Of a stretch of 32,000 nt of DNA, positions 1-6,712 are shown in pieces. Position numbers and translations under genes: made by a program. Each line of letters begins with the position of its first letter. Position 1 is the first letter of the stretch. Origin of the DNA: Candidatus Saccharimonadota bacterium (GTDB lineage: Bacteria; Patescibacteriota; Saccharimonadia; Saccharimonadales; UBA4665). Below the pieces are notes generated by a model. It did not search any database, was not told the DNA's origin, and saw nothing but the letters and a program-made list of their open reading frames with translations. Location of the stretch: contig CP064993.1 in assembly GCA_016699955.1 (NCBI GenBank), positions 960,001-992,000 on the forward strand, written 5' to 3'.

Positions 1-254
1 AACGCGTGAATATGTAGTAAAATCCAGACAGATTCACGATTATTCCGCTAAAAGTGGTTCAGCCGAGACCCGAAACATGACCGGGGGTTAGGAACCAAAG
101 GTATTTAACACAAATAGTTTTGACAAATATATCGGAGCAGATTGCATGCAGAAAAACCGGTCATATTTTTTTCTGTTATTCAAATCTTATTAAGCTTGGT
201 AGCGGCATGTGGAATACTTTGTATAGCCTTGCATTGGGCTCGGAATACATTCCT

Positions 255-287
255 GTGCGCAGTGCTACGTTATCGAACCACGATCTA
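255..287 (-). pseudogene. decayed partial copy of the tRNA-Trp 3' half (variable region/T-arm towards acceptor)
   Basis: A 16-nt exact match (272-287, atcgaaccacgatcta) to the intact tRNA-Trp at 1078-1152, in the same orientation. Weaker similarity continues to about 255. The T-stem no longer pairs. Confidence 0.45.
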
Positions 288-337
288 CACTCACTTCGTT
301 CGCTAGACCTTGGTCAGACTTCAAAAGCTCTATCAAT

Positions 338-371
338 GTAAAACGACCAATCTTGCGACTGGCCGTTTTAC
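338..371. terminator. bidirectional hairpin terminator
   Basis: Arms gtaaaacgacca (338-349) and tggccgttttac (360-371) form a 12-bp stem with one mismatch and a 10-nt loop. An A-run and a T-run are built into the arms, so either strand reads stem plus U-tract. Confidence 0.55.
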
Positions 372-372
372 A

Positions 373-382
373 TTGGCAGGGG
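373..382 (-). repeat. 10-nt copy of the tRNA-Trp 3' terminus (CCCCTGCCA plus one flanking nt)
   Basis: ttggcagggg at 373-382 is identical to 1077-1086 (3' end of tRNA-Trp), in the same orientation. As at the real gene, a terminator hairpin follows on the minus strand. Partial similarity extends about 9 nt further. Confidence 0.4.
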
Positions 383-480
383 TATGCGGACGCATTTCAA
401 ACGGCAGCCATTAATACCGGTGACGATTCTAAGCTCAAATACTTAGTCACATCATTTAGTTTGTCGGGCGACCTGCTGTA

Positions 481-1017
481 CTAAGGTCCATCATGCCTGA
501 ATGTGGGAGCAAATAATCTCGGTGTATGTTTAAACGAATCTACAAATTTTCCTATTTCATCAGTGTGTATCACATGATTGGTGGTTGTCGGTATTGCCGA
601 AGATATTAACGTCGAGCCATTCAGCTGAGTAACTTCATATCTACTTATTTTGCCGTAATCCACCGAATGACAAAGTCGGTAATGTCTCTGGTGCGGAGAA
701 ACAAACAGACTGCAAGTAAAATTAGTGCTGGTAGCATCATAGTTCCCTTTGGCGGCAGGTAATGTGGTGCTTCGTGTTTGCGATTGCTGTATTTCATAGA
801 CCCAGTCTTCAGTTGTAAAATTAAGTTCTGTAAATACGTCAGCCTTAGTTGCCGTCACACGAACATCTTTTATAGAAATGCCTGAGGGTAAGTACGTTGG
901 CTTTAGGTAACTAAATACCAGTACACCGCCACTAAGCTTGAATAGAATACCGACAATTACCACAACTATAATCAAGATAAAAAGGAGAATTTTCTTTGAC
1001 TTTTCTGAGTGCGACAT
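481..1017 (-). CDS. hypothetical membrane-anchored protein (single N-terminal TM helix, Ser/Thr-rich ectodomain)
   Basis: Minus-strand ORF. I prefer the ATG at 1017 (MSHSEKSKKILLFILIIVVVIVGILF...), because the track's TTG at 1038 lies inside the U-tract of the tRNA-Trp terminator. I recognise no family. Confidence 0.6.
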   Translation of the reverse strand: MSHSEKSKKILLFILIIVVVIVGILFKLSGGVLVFSYLKPTYLPSGISIKDVRVTATKADVFTELNFTTEDWVYEIQQSQTRSTTLPAAKGNYDATSTNFTCSLFVSPHQRHYRLCHSVDYGKISRYEVTQLNGSTLISSAIPTTTNHVIHTDEIGKFVDSFKHTPRLFAPTFRHDGP

Positions 1018-1023
1018 CACTTT

Positions 1024-1032
1024 ATAATACCA
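1024..1032 (-). promoter_or_regulatory. extended -10 promoter element (TGgTATTAT) 6 nt upstream of the ATG at 1017
   Basis: The minus strand reads TGGTATTAT aaagtg ATG. There is no Shine-Dalgarno sequence. The geometry places the transcription start on the A of the ATG. Confidence 0.35.
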
Positions 1033-1060
1033 AAACAAAAAAGAACTTCCGAAGAAGTCC
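1033..1060 (-). terminator. rho-independent terminator of tRNA-Trp
   Basis: Minus strand GGACUUC-UUCG-GAAGUUC (7 bp including one G-U pair, UUCG tetraloop) followed by UUUUUUGUUUUG. It lies 18 nt after the tRNA 3' end. Confidence 0.75.
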
Positions 1061-1077
1061 TTTTAGCATAAGCGATT

Positions 1078-1152
1078 TGGCAGGGGCACGTGGAATCGAA
1101 CCACGATCTAAGGTTTTGGAGACCTTTATACTAACCGTTGTACTATGCCCCT
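1078..1152 (-). tRNA. trnW: tRNA-Trp (anticodon CCA), CCA-3' encoded
   Basis: Folded by hand. Acceptor AGGGGCA/TGCCCCT, D-arm GTAC/GTAT, anticodon stem AAGGT/ACCTT with loop CTCCAAA, T-arm CGTGG-TTCGATT-CCACG, discriminator G, CCA. 75 nt. Confidence 0.95.
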
Positions 1153-1171
1153 TTGGCTTTGAACAGATACA

Positions 1172-1200
1172 ATTATACCTTTTTGCTTACTAAAATCCAA
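1172..1200 (-). promoter_or_regulatory. sigma70-type promoter for tRNA-Trp (TTGGAT-17-TATAAT)
   Basis: On the minus strand the -35 TTGGAT is at 1200-1195, the spacer is 17 nt, and the -10 TATAAT is at 1177-1172. The -10 lies 19 nt upstream of the mature tRNA 5' end. Confidence 0.55.
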
Positions 1201-1280
1201 CGAGTAGCGTAGCGTAACCTTGGCTCGGTGTGGGCACAGAGTTCTGGGTAGAGAGGGATAGTGTGTTTGCACCTGGGATT

Positions 1281-1376
1281 ATGAATTTATCTCTATTAGC
1301 TTTACCTGGTTTTGTTTTTTGCTTGTTATCTATTGTGATCGGGCAACGTTATAGCTGGCGTAATATATCCCGCTAA
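1281..1376 (+). CDS. candidate 31-aa hydrophobic micro-protein (MNLSLLALPGFVFCLLSIVIGQRYSWRNISR)
   Basis: An ATG-to-TAA ORF below the track cutoff, inside a 320-nt intergenic region. It has one predicted TM helix and a basic tail. The only SD-like sequence is a weak GGGA placed too close to the ATG. Confidence 0.2.
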   Translation: MNLSLLALPGFVFCLLSIVIGQRYSWRNISR

Positions 1377-1474
1377 TTTCTACACGTTTATCACTGTAAA
1401 AATATGCTGGCACTGGCTAGCAAGGAGTATACTAAAATTACTAGGGGGATAACCCCCATTTAAGGAGGTTCAAA

Positions 1475-1978
1475 GTGGAGCTACCAAAAACCTACACAGA
1501 CAAAAACGACACAGGGTGCTGCGCAGTCCCAAACGTCGACGAGTGGGATAACAAAGAAGTAGTTTTTGAGGACAAACGCTTCATCCGAATGCATACGCGC
1601 AGCTTTCTATACATGCCCCTCAATATGTCGAAAGTTATGACTGAAATTCAACGCACAGCCGAAGATGCAGGAGCTGCCATGGTACCAAACGAGGCCATGA
1701 CGTTGTCCCGCGACGTATCGCCGTGGAAGGCCGAACATCTTTACGCAGTTACCAAAGAGGTCGGCGGTGCAGACAACGTAGTGCTGAGTGGTACGTACAT
1801 AACAAAAGTATTTGAAGGTCCGTTTAAAAACATCAGAAACTGGTATAACTCGCTGCAAACTTATGTCACGAGCCAGGGTAAAATACCAGGCGACACTTAT
1901 TTCTTCTATACGACCTGTCCAAAATGCGCCAAACATTACGGCAAAAACTACGTTATTGGTATGACAAGCGTCGCCTGA
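1475..1978 (+). CDS. conserved hypothetical protein with N-terminal CC and C-terminal CPKC cysteine motifs
   Basis: 167 aa with a GTG start 6 nt after a strong SD (TAAGGAGGT). The C-terminal YTTCPKCAKHYGKNYV motif recalls a widespread uncharacterised family from memory. No function can be assigned. Confidence 0.75.
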   Translation: MELPKTYTDKNDTGCCAVPNVDEWDNKEVVFEDKRFIRMHTRSFLYMPLNMSKVMTEIQRTAEDAGAAMVPNEAMTLSRDVSPWKAEHLYAVTKEVGGADNVVLSGTYITKVFEGPFKNIRNWYNSLQTYVTSQGKIPGDTYFFYTTCPKCAKHYGKNYVIGMTSVA

Positions 1979-2062
1979 TACTGCCGCAATAATGCGAATT
2001 TGATCAAGGGTTGGCAGGCACAATGATTTTTTAGTGCTAGCTGTCGCTTTGTCCTTAAAAAT

Positions 2063-2095
2063 AAAAACACCGGTTGATCGGACCAGTGTTTTTAT
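2063..2095. terminator. bidirectional rho-independent terminator
   Basis: aacaccgg (2066-2073) pairs with ccagtgtt (2083-2090), an 8-bp stem with one mismatch. It is flanked by an upstream A-run and a downstream T-run (gtgtttttatt). Confidence 0.55.
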
Positions 2096-2303
2096 TCCTC
2101 TAGCTAGTAGGAGTTTTGGTTTTGTTAGGTATTTTTTAATTACCTTAACATATTTTTACGTTACACGAGCATAAGCACCTTGTCAAATACTTTTTAAACC
2201 TAAAATCTCAAAAACCCAATCGTATGCTGGTGCGATATACGTGGGAGGTGCTAGCGACGCCTTACGAGTGGGCATTCTGTGGAGCTTATCGTATACTTCT
2301 ACC

Positions 2304-2978
2304 ATGAAATATAGCACCGAGGGTATAGACCTGGCTAAGGCAGAGATAGCCACTGTACTAGCTGGCGAGCTAAAGTCTGGAAAGCGCCTACTGTGGCTGG
2401 TGAGCGGTGGTTCTTGCGTAGCAGTGCAGGTGGACGTAATGAAGCGGCTGCGGGAGGCTGCGCCCGATAAACTCAGTTTGCTAACGATTTTGCCGGTTGA
2501 CGAGCGGTTTGGACGACATGGTCATGAAAATTCAAATAGCGCGCAGATGCAAAAAGCAGGCTTTAAGCCAGAAAAGGCAAAATGGCTAGACGTTCTCAAT
2601 AAAAATCAGCCTATGGCCGAAACAGTTTCCTACTACGCCCAACTTGCAGAAGACGCTATGGCCGAGGCGGATGTTGTGGTTGCCACGCTTGGTATGGGAG
2701 CAGATGCGCACACTGCCGGGCTGTTACCCGAGAGCCCCGCTCTGACAGATACCGTTTCCACAGTAGTTGGCTATAGCTGGAGTGATTTTGCACGAATGAC
2801 GTTAGGAGTACCTATGCTGCTTAAAATAAATCACGCGTGGGTACTTGCTTATGGTGAGACAAAAAAAGAATCTTTGAAGCGCCTGCAGCGCAACGCTGAA
2901 TCAGTTGAACACTTGCCGGCAAAAATCCTCTATGACTTGGCGAGTGTGACCGTCTATAATGATTACATACAAACGTGA
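2304..2978 (+). CDS. pgl: 6-phosphogluconolactonase (SugarP isomerase / Pgl-DevB family)
   Basis: Motifs LLWLVSGGS, PVDERF and GMGADAHTAGLLP. It lies first in an operon with gnd and zwf. The start is uncertain: the ATG at 2304 gives a normal N-terminal length, while the track ORF begins at GTG 2241. Neither has a clear SD. Confidence 0.8.
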   Translation: MKYSTEGIDLAKAEIATVLAGELKSGKRLLWLVSGGSCVAVQVDVMKRLREAAPDKLSLLTILPVDERFGRHGHENSNSAQMQKAGFKPEKAKWLDVLNKNQPMAETVSYYAQLAEDAMAEADVVVATLGMGADAHTAGLLPESPALTDTVSTVVGYSWSDFARMTLGVPMLLKINHAWVLAYGETKKESLKRLQRNAESVEHLPAKILYDLASVTVYNDYIQT

Positions 2979-2991
2979 GAGGTAACTTACT

Positions 2992-3915
2992 ATGAAAATT
3001 GTTATTCACGGTCTTGGCCGTATGGGTATGCAAATTGCGCGCAAACTGGCAGAAAGTGGAGACCATGAAGTCATTGGCCACAACCGTAGCCCAGAGCCGA
3101 TGCAAGAAGCTGCAGGCTACGGGGTAAAACCCATCTCTGATATAACAACCATCCCAGGTGAATTCGGCCAGGAACAAGCAGTTGTGTGGGTCATGCTCCC
3201 AGCAGAGATTACCGAGCAAGTCGTGCTTGAGTGGACTGAGCGTCTACCAAAAGGTTCCATCATAATCAACGGAGCAAATTTTGATTTTCGGGAAACAAAA
3301 CGACTTAACACACTAGTACAGGCAAAAGGAATGGCTATGGTTGACGTTGGTGTCAGTGGCGGCGTTTGGGGCTATCAAAATGGTTTCCCCCTCATGTGTG
3401 GCAGCGACAGCGAGGCCGACTTTGCGGCTGTTAGCCCTGCGCTTGAAACACTGGCAAAACCCGGCGGCATGTACGCCAGATTTGGCAGCAGCGGCGCTGG
3501 GCACTATGTCAAAATGGTGCACAATGCCATAGAATACGGCATGATGCAAAGCCTTGGCGAGGGATTTCGTATGCTACATGATGGCCCATACGCAGGACAA
3601 ATTGACCTAGCACAGGCCGCTGATCTTTGGCAACACCACAGTGTGATTACGAGCTGGCTGACTCAACTGAGCCACGATGCCCTCGCGGAGAATCCAGAGC
3701 TCGACGGCATTTCCGGCTATGTTGCCGAGAGTGGCGAAGCTCGGTGGACATTAGAAGCAGCGAAACAAATGGGCATCGACTTGCCTGCCATCCAAGCGGC
3801 TTTTGATGTGCGCGTTCGTTCGCAGCAAGGAGAGACCAACTTTGCAACAAAAGTTGTTGCCGCCCAACGCAACAAGTTTGGTGGACACAACCTAAACGGC
3901 GAAGGCAAAGCATGA
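2992..3915 (+). CDS. gnd: 6-phosphogluconate dehydrogenase, short (about 300 aa) decarboxylating type
   Basis: N-terminal Rossmann motif GLGRMGMQIARKL, and GAGHYVKMVHNAIEYGMMQ. SD GAGAGGTAA lies upstream. The stop overlaps the zwf start (ATGA). Confidence 0.9.
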   Translation: MKIVIHGLGRMGMQIARKLAESGDHEVIGHNRSPEPMQEAAGYGVKPISDITTIPGEFGQEQAVVWVMLPAEITEQVVLEWTERLPKGSIIINGANFDFRETKRLNTLVQAKGMAMVDVGVSGGVWGYQNGFPLMCGSDSEADFAAVSPALETLAKPGGMYARFGSSGAGHYVKMVHNAIEYGMMQSLGEGFRMLHDGPYAGQIDLAQAADLWQHHSVITSWLTQLSHDALAENPELDGISGYVAESGEARWTLEAAKQMGIDLPAIQAAFDVRVRSQQGETNFATKVVAAQRNKFGGHNLNGEGKA

Positions 3916-5300
3916 ACGACTACATAAACCGACCGTTTATACTTGTTATCTTTGGCATAACAGGCGACCTGTCTCAGAGAAAGCTTTTACCAGCACTGTA
4001 TCACCTGGTAAAACATCGCCAGCTGCCAGAACAGATGAAAATTGTCGGTATCAGCCGCCACCACGTGCCTGTTTCGCACGTCTACGAAAATCTTCACCAG
4101 AAGATTCATGGCGGAGACTACGATAAAGCAGTGATTGAACAGCTACACGATGCAACCGAAATGCTGCAAGTTGACCTAGACGATATAGCAGACTATGAGC
4201 GTTTGCTAGAAAACTTACGCGTCATGTCTCAAGAACTTGGACCAGGAGTAAGCCGCCTATACTACCTGTCTATTCCTGCCCAGGCCTTTGTAAACGTTGT
4301 ACACCACTTGGGAGAAACTCGTCACCACGAACCGTTTGAGCAGGATGGAGAAAGGCCACGGCTTCTCGTTGAAAAACCCTTCGGCTACAACTTTGCCTCA
4401 GCCGAAACGCTCGTAAAAGCGGCCGACGAACATTTTGGCGAGCAGCAAACTTTTCGTATTGACCATTACTTAGCCAAAGAAACGGCTCAAAACATCTTAA
4501 CGTTTCGTTTCCAGAATCCGCTGTTCCAAACAATTTGGAACACCAGACACATTGAAAGCATCCAGATTGTAGCCTACGAAACAATTGGCATCGAAAACCG
4601 TGTCACTTTTTATGAGCAAACTGGCGCTCTGCGCGACATTTTGCAAAGCCATCTTATGCAGCTGCTTGCTCTTATTACCATGGAGAAACCAGCCGCTCTT
4701 GAGAGCCATGACATTCATAAAGCAAAATTACGCTTACTTGAAAGCATTGACACAATTTCAGCAGAACAGGTAGAAACACATGCTGTCCGCGGGCAGTACG
4801 ATAGCTACAAAGCAGAAGTGAACAACCCGCGAAGTCACGTTGAAACATTTGCTCGGTTACATTTAACCATCGACAACGAGCAGTGGCGCGGCGTAAACGT
4901 GAGCATAGAAACAGGTAAAGCGCTCCACGAAAAATGCACCGAAATTATTGTGCGATTTCGAGCGAACAAAGATGCACCGGGCACAAACATTCTTACCTTC
5001 CGTGTACAGCCACAGGAAGGCATAACCCTTTCCCTCCAAGCCAAACGACCAGGCTTAAGCAAAGAAACCGAAATGGTCAAGATGGATTTTGACTATGAAC
5101 GCGCTTTTTTCGGCCAAACCGGAGATGCTTACGAAAGAGTAATTATTGATGCCGTGCGCGGTGATCAATCACTATTTGCCACAGCGCAAGAGGTGCTTAC
5201 TTCGTGGCGTATTGTCGAAAACGTGCTAAAAAACTGGTCTGAGAGCGATCACAGCCTGCAAATTTACCCTGTTGGCTCGCCTGCTTCTGATATTAATTAA
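3912..5300 (+). CDS. zwf: glucose-6-phosphate 1-dehydrogenase
   Basis: Motifs FGITGDLSQRKLLPALY, EKPFG and RIDHYLAKE. 462 aa. Confidence 0.95.
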   Translation: MNDYINRPFILVIFGITGDLSQRKLLPALYHLVKHRQLPEQMKIVGISRHHVPVSHVYENLHQKIHGGDYDKAVIEQLHDATEMLQVDLDDIADYERLLENLRVMSQELGPGVSRLYYLSIPAQAFVNVVHHLGETRHHEPFEQDGERPRLLVEKPFGYNFASAETLVKAADEHFGEQQTFRIDHYLAKETAQNILTFRFQNPLFQTIWNTRHIESIQIVAYETIGIENRVTFYEQTGALRDILQSHLMQLLALITMEKPAALESHDIHKAKLRLLESIDTISAEQVETHAVRGQYDSYKAEVNNPRSHVETFARLHLTIDNEQWRGVNVSIETGKALHEKCTEIIVRFRANKDAPGTNILTFRVQPQEGITLSLQAKRPGLSKETEMVKMDFDYERAFFGQTGDAYERVIIDAVRGDQSLFATAQEVLTSWRIVENVLKNWSESDHSLQIYPVGSPASDIN

Positions 5301-5319
5301 AAAAATGTAAAAATTCTTG

Positions 5320-6630
5320 CAATTCTGCCGTATTAGCTCATTTAACAATCTTGCTGAAACTAGTTTCTAAAGCTTTAAGTTTCCGTTGAATCTCACGTTG
5401 TAATTTCGCGGGATTCAAGCTGTCATATTGTGATTGTAGCATGGCTTTCTGCTTGTCGCTGACGTTAGGGTGACTCATCAGCCGTTGGTAGGGTGTTTGA
5501 GCTGGGTAATAGCGTTTGGTTTTCTTGCCCGTAGCCTGGTCTTTAACGGTTTCTTTAACTTTCATAGTTGGTTGGAAAAAATTAAGGTACTGCCTCCACT
5601 CGTTTTGGTAGAGGTCATTTAGGCTTTCTAGCTGTTCATTTGTGTCCATACGTTGGTAACCCACTAGTTGCCGTATGGCAGTCCAGTTCTTTTGTTCGAC
5701 ATGGGCTTGGTCGTTCTTTCTGTATGGCCTAGAACGGGTAAAGGTTAATCGATTATTCTTAGCATAGCGCGCCATGTGCCAATTGATGAATTCGCTGCCG
5801 TTGTCCGAATCAATACCCAGTAGTTTAAACGGCAAACGCTTACGGGCACTGTCAAGGCCAGTTACAGACGCTCGTTCACCCTTGCCCATAATAGCCACCT
5901 GCTCACTCCAGCTAGTAGCTACATCCGTTAAATTTAGACTGTAGATAAACGTGCCAGCTAATGTGTCGCCACAGTGGGCTACGGTGTCTGTTTCGCACCA
6001 ACCCGGTGTTGTTTCGTCCCAGCGACCATAACGCACACTAATCTGCCGTTTTAGCAGACTACCTGGTTTGGTTGTACCGCCAATTCGGATGATGCTGCGT
6101 CGCTTCTCGCGGGAGACAATGCGTTTAACAGTAGCTAGACTAATTTGCCTAAGCTGATCATCGATTTCGGGTCTTACGGCCAGTTCGCCGCACGCTACTA
6201 GCTTATCTAAAAGCTCTGGCATGAATGGCTGCAAGCGTTCAGCGCAGATGTTACTAGTGGCATGCCAGAGTAGCAAAACAACTTGCTTAGTTTCGACCGA
6301 ATAGCGAGCAGTCCGCGGCTTACGGATAATCGCCTTGGGCGGCGGGGAGCGCAGCAAGACGCTAGCATAGGTTCGGTGATAGCCAGTAATGTCTACCACG
6401 TCACTAAGTAATTTGCTGCGTTCTTTTTTCTGGTTCTTCTTGAGACGTTTGTATTTCTTTCGCATTACGCCAAGATATTCCTGGCGGGATAATCTGCTCA
6501 TTTGATAATTCTTTCCGTTTGTACTCATAGTCCTGACAGCGTAGGGCTAGAGGTAGCTTTTTGGAAACATTATTAATGAGCTAACGAATACTATTTCGGA
6601 AAGATTTTAGATGAGCTAAGTCGTTCTGCT
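5320..6630 (-). mobile_element. insertion sequence (about 1.3 kb) carrying one DDE/rve transposase; family uncertain
   Basis: Imperfect terminal inverted repeats centred on ttagctcat (5333-5341) and atgagctaa (6611-6619), with flanking matches. An extra internal copy of atgagctaa sits at 6576-6584. A single intact transposase ORF lies between the repeats. The ends are only good to about 20 bp, and no target-site duplication could be defined. Confidence 0.6.
5338..6528 (-). CDS. DDE-type transposase (retroviral-integrase-like rve core, N-terminal HTH region)
   Basis: 396 aa. Catalytic triad candidates are D in ETDTVAHCG, D in GIDSDNGSEF, and E in AHVEQKN 36 residues later. The basic N-terminus fits DNA binding. 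The RPYRKNDxAHVEQKNW motif reminds me of ISNCY/IS1202-like elements, unverified. Confidence 0.85.
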   Translation of the reverse strand: MSTNGKNYQMSRLSRQEYLGVMRKKYKRLKKNQKKERSKLLSDVVDITGYHRTYASVLLRSPPPKAIIRKPRTARYSVETKQVVLLLWHATSNICAERLQPFMPELLDKLVACGELAVRPEIDDQLRQISLATVKRIVSREKRRSIIRIGGTTKPGSLLKRQISVRYGRWDETTPGWCETDTVAHCGDTLAGTFIYSLNLTDVATSWSEQVAIMGKGERASVTGLDSARKRLPFKLLGIDSDNGSEFINWHMARYAKNNRLTFTRSRPYRKNDQAHVEQKNWTAIRQLVGYQRMDTNEQLESLNDLYQNEWRQYLNFFQPTMKVKETVKDQATGKKTKRYYPAQTPYQRLMSHPNVSDKQKAMLQSQYDSLNPAKLQREIQRKLKALETSFSKIVK

Positions 6631-6658
6631 TGTACTTGGTTTAGAATGTGCTTATACT
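6630..6658 (+). promoter_or_regulatory. sigma70-type promoter for the alpha-glucan cluster (TTGTAC-17-TATACT)
   Basis: -35 at 6630-6635, 17-nt spacer, -10 at 6653-6658, 54 nt upstream of the glycosyltransferase ATG. The -35 abuts the inferred right end of the IS. Confidence 0.45.
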
Positions 6659-6712
6659 AAAAGTTGATAAAACAACAATATTTAAAACAGAGCGAAAACA
6701 GAGAGACTAAGA

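Noticed and set aside
2-91. Possible 3' end of a plus-strand gene entering from the left edge (open frame ending at TAG 89-91)
   Set aside because: Only 29 codons are visible, with no recognisable motif. It cannot be distinguished from non-coding sequence.
120-341. 73-aa plus-strand ORF from the track
   Set aside because: Its TTG start is the first half of a TTGACA hexamer and has no SD. The ORF runs through the decayed tRNA-Trp fragment (255-287) and into a terminator stem. The composition looks non-coding. It is more likely intergenic or relic DNA.
1408-1422. Sigma-54-like TGGCAC-N5-xxGCA element upstream of the 167-aa gene
   Set aside because: The GC dinucleotide is one position off from the -24/-12 consensus spacing. 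The TTGC element is not matched. There is no evidence of an enhancer-binding protein context.
1607-2023. 138-aa minus-strand ORF, and other internal antisense ORFs in the PPP and glucan genes (2821-3219, 3313-3549, 4270-4584, 8298-8669, 8693-8995, 10143-10418 and others)
   Set aside because: Each is fully nested in or opposite a gene with clear family motifs. There is no independent evidence for any of them.
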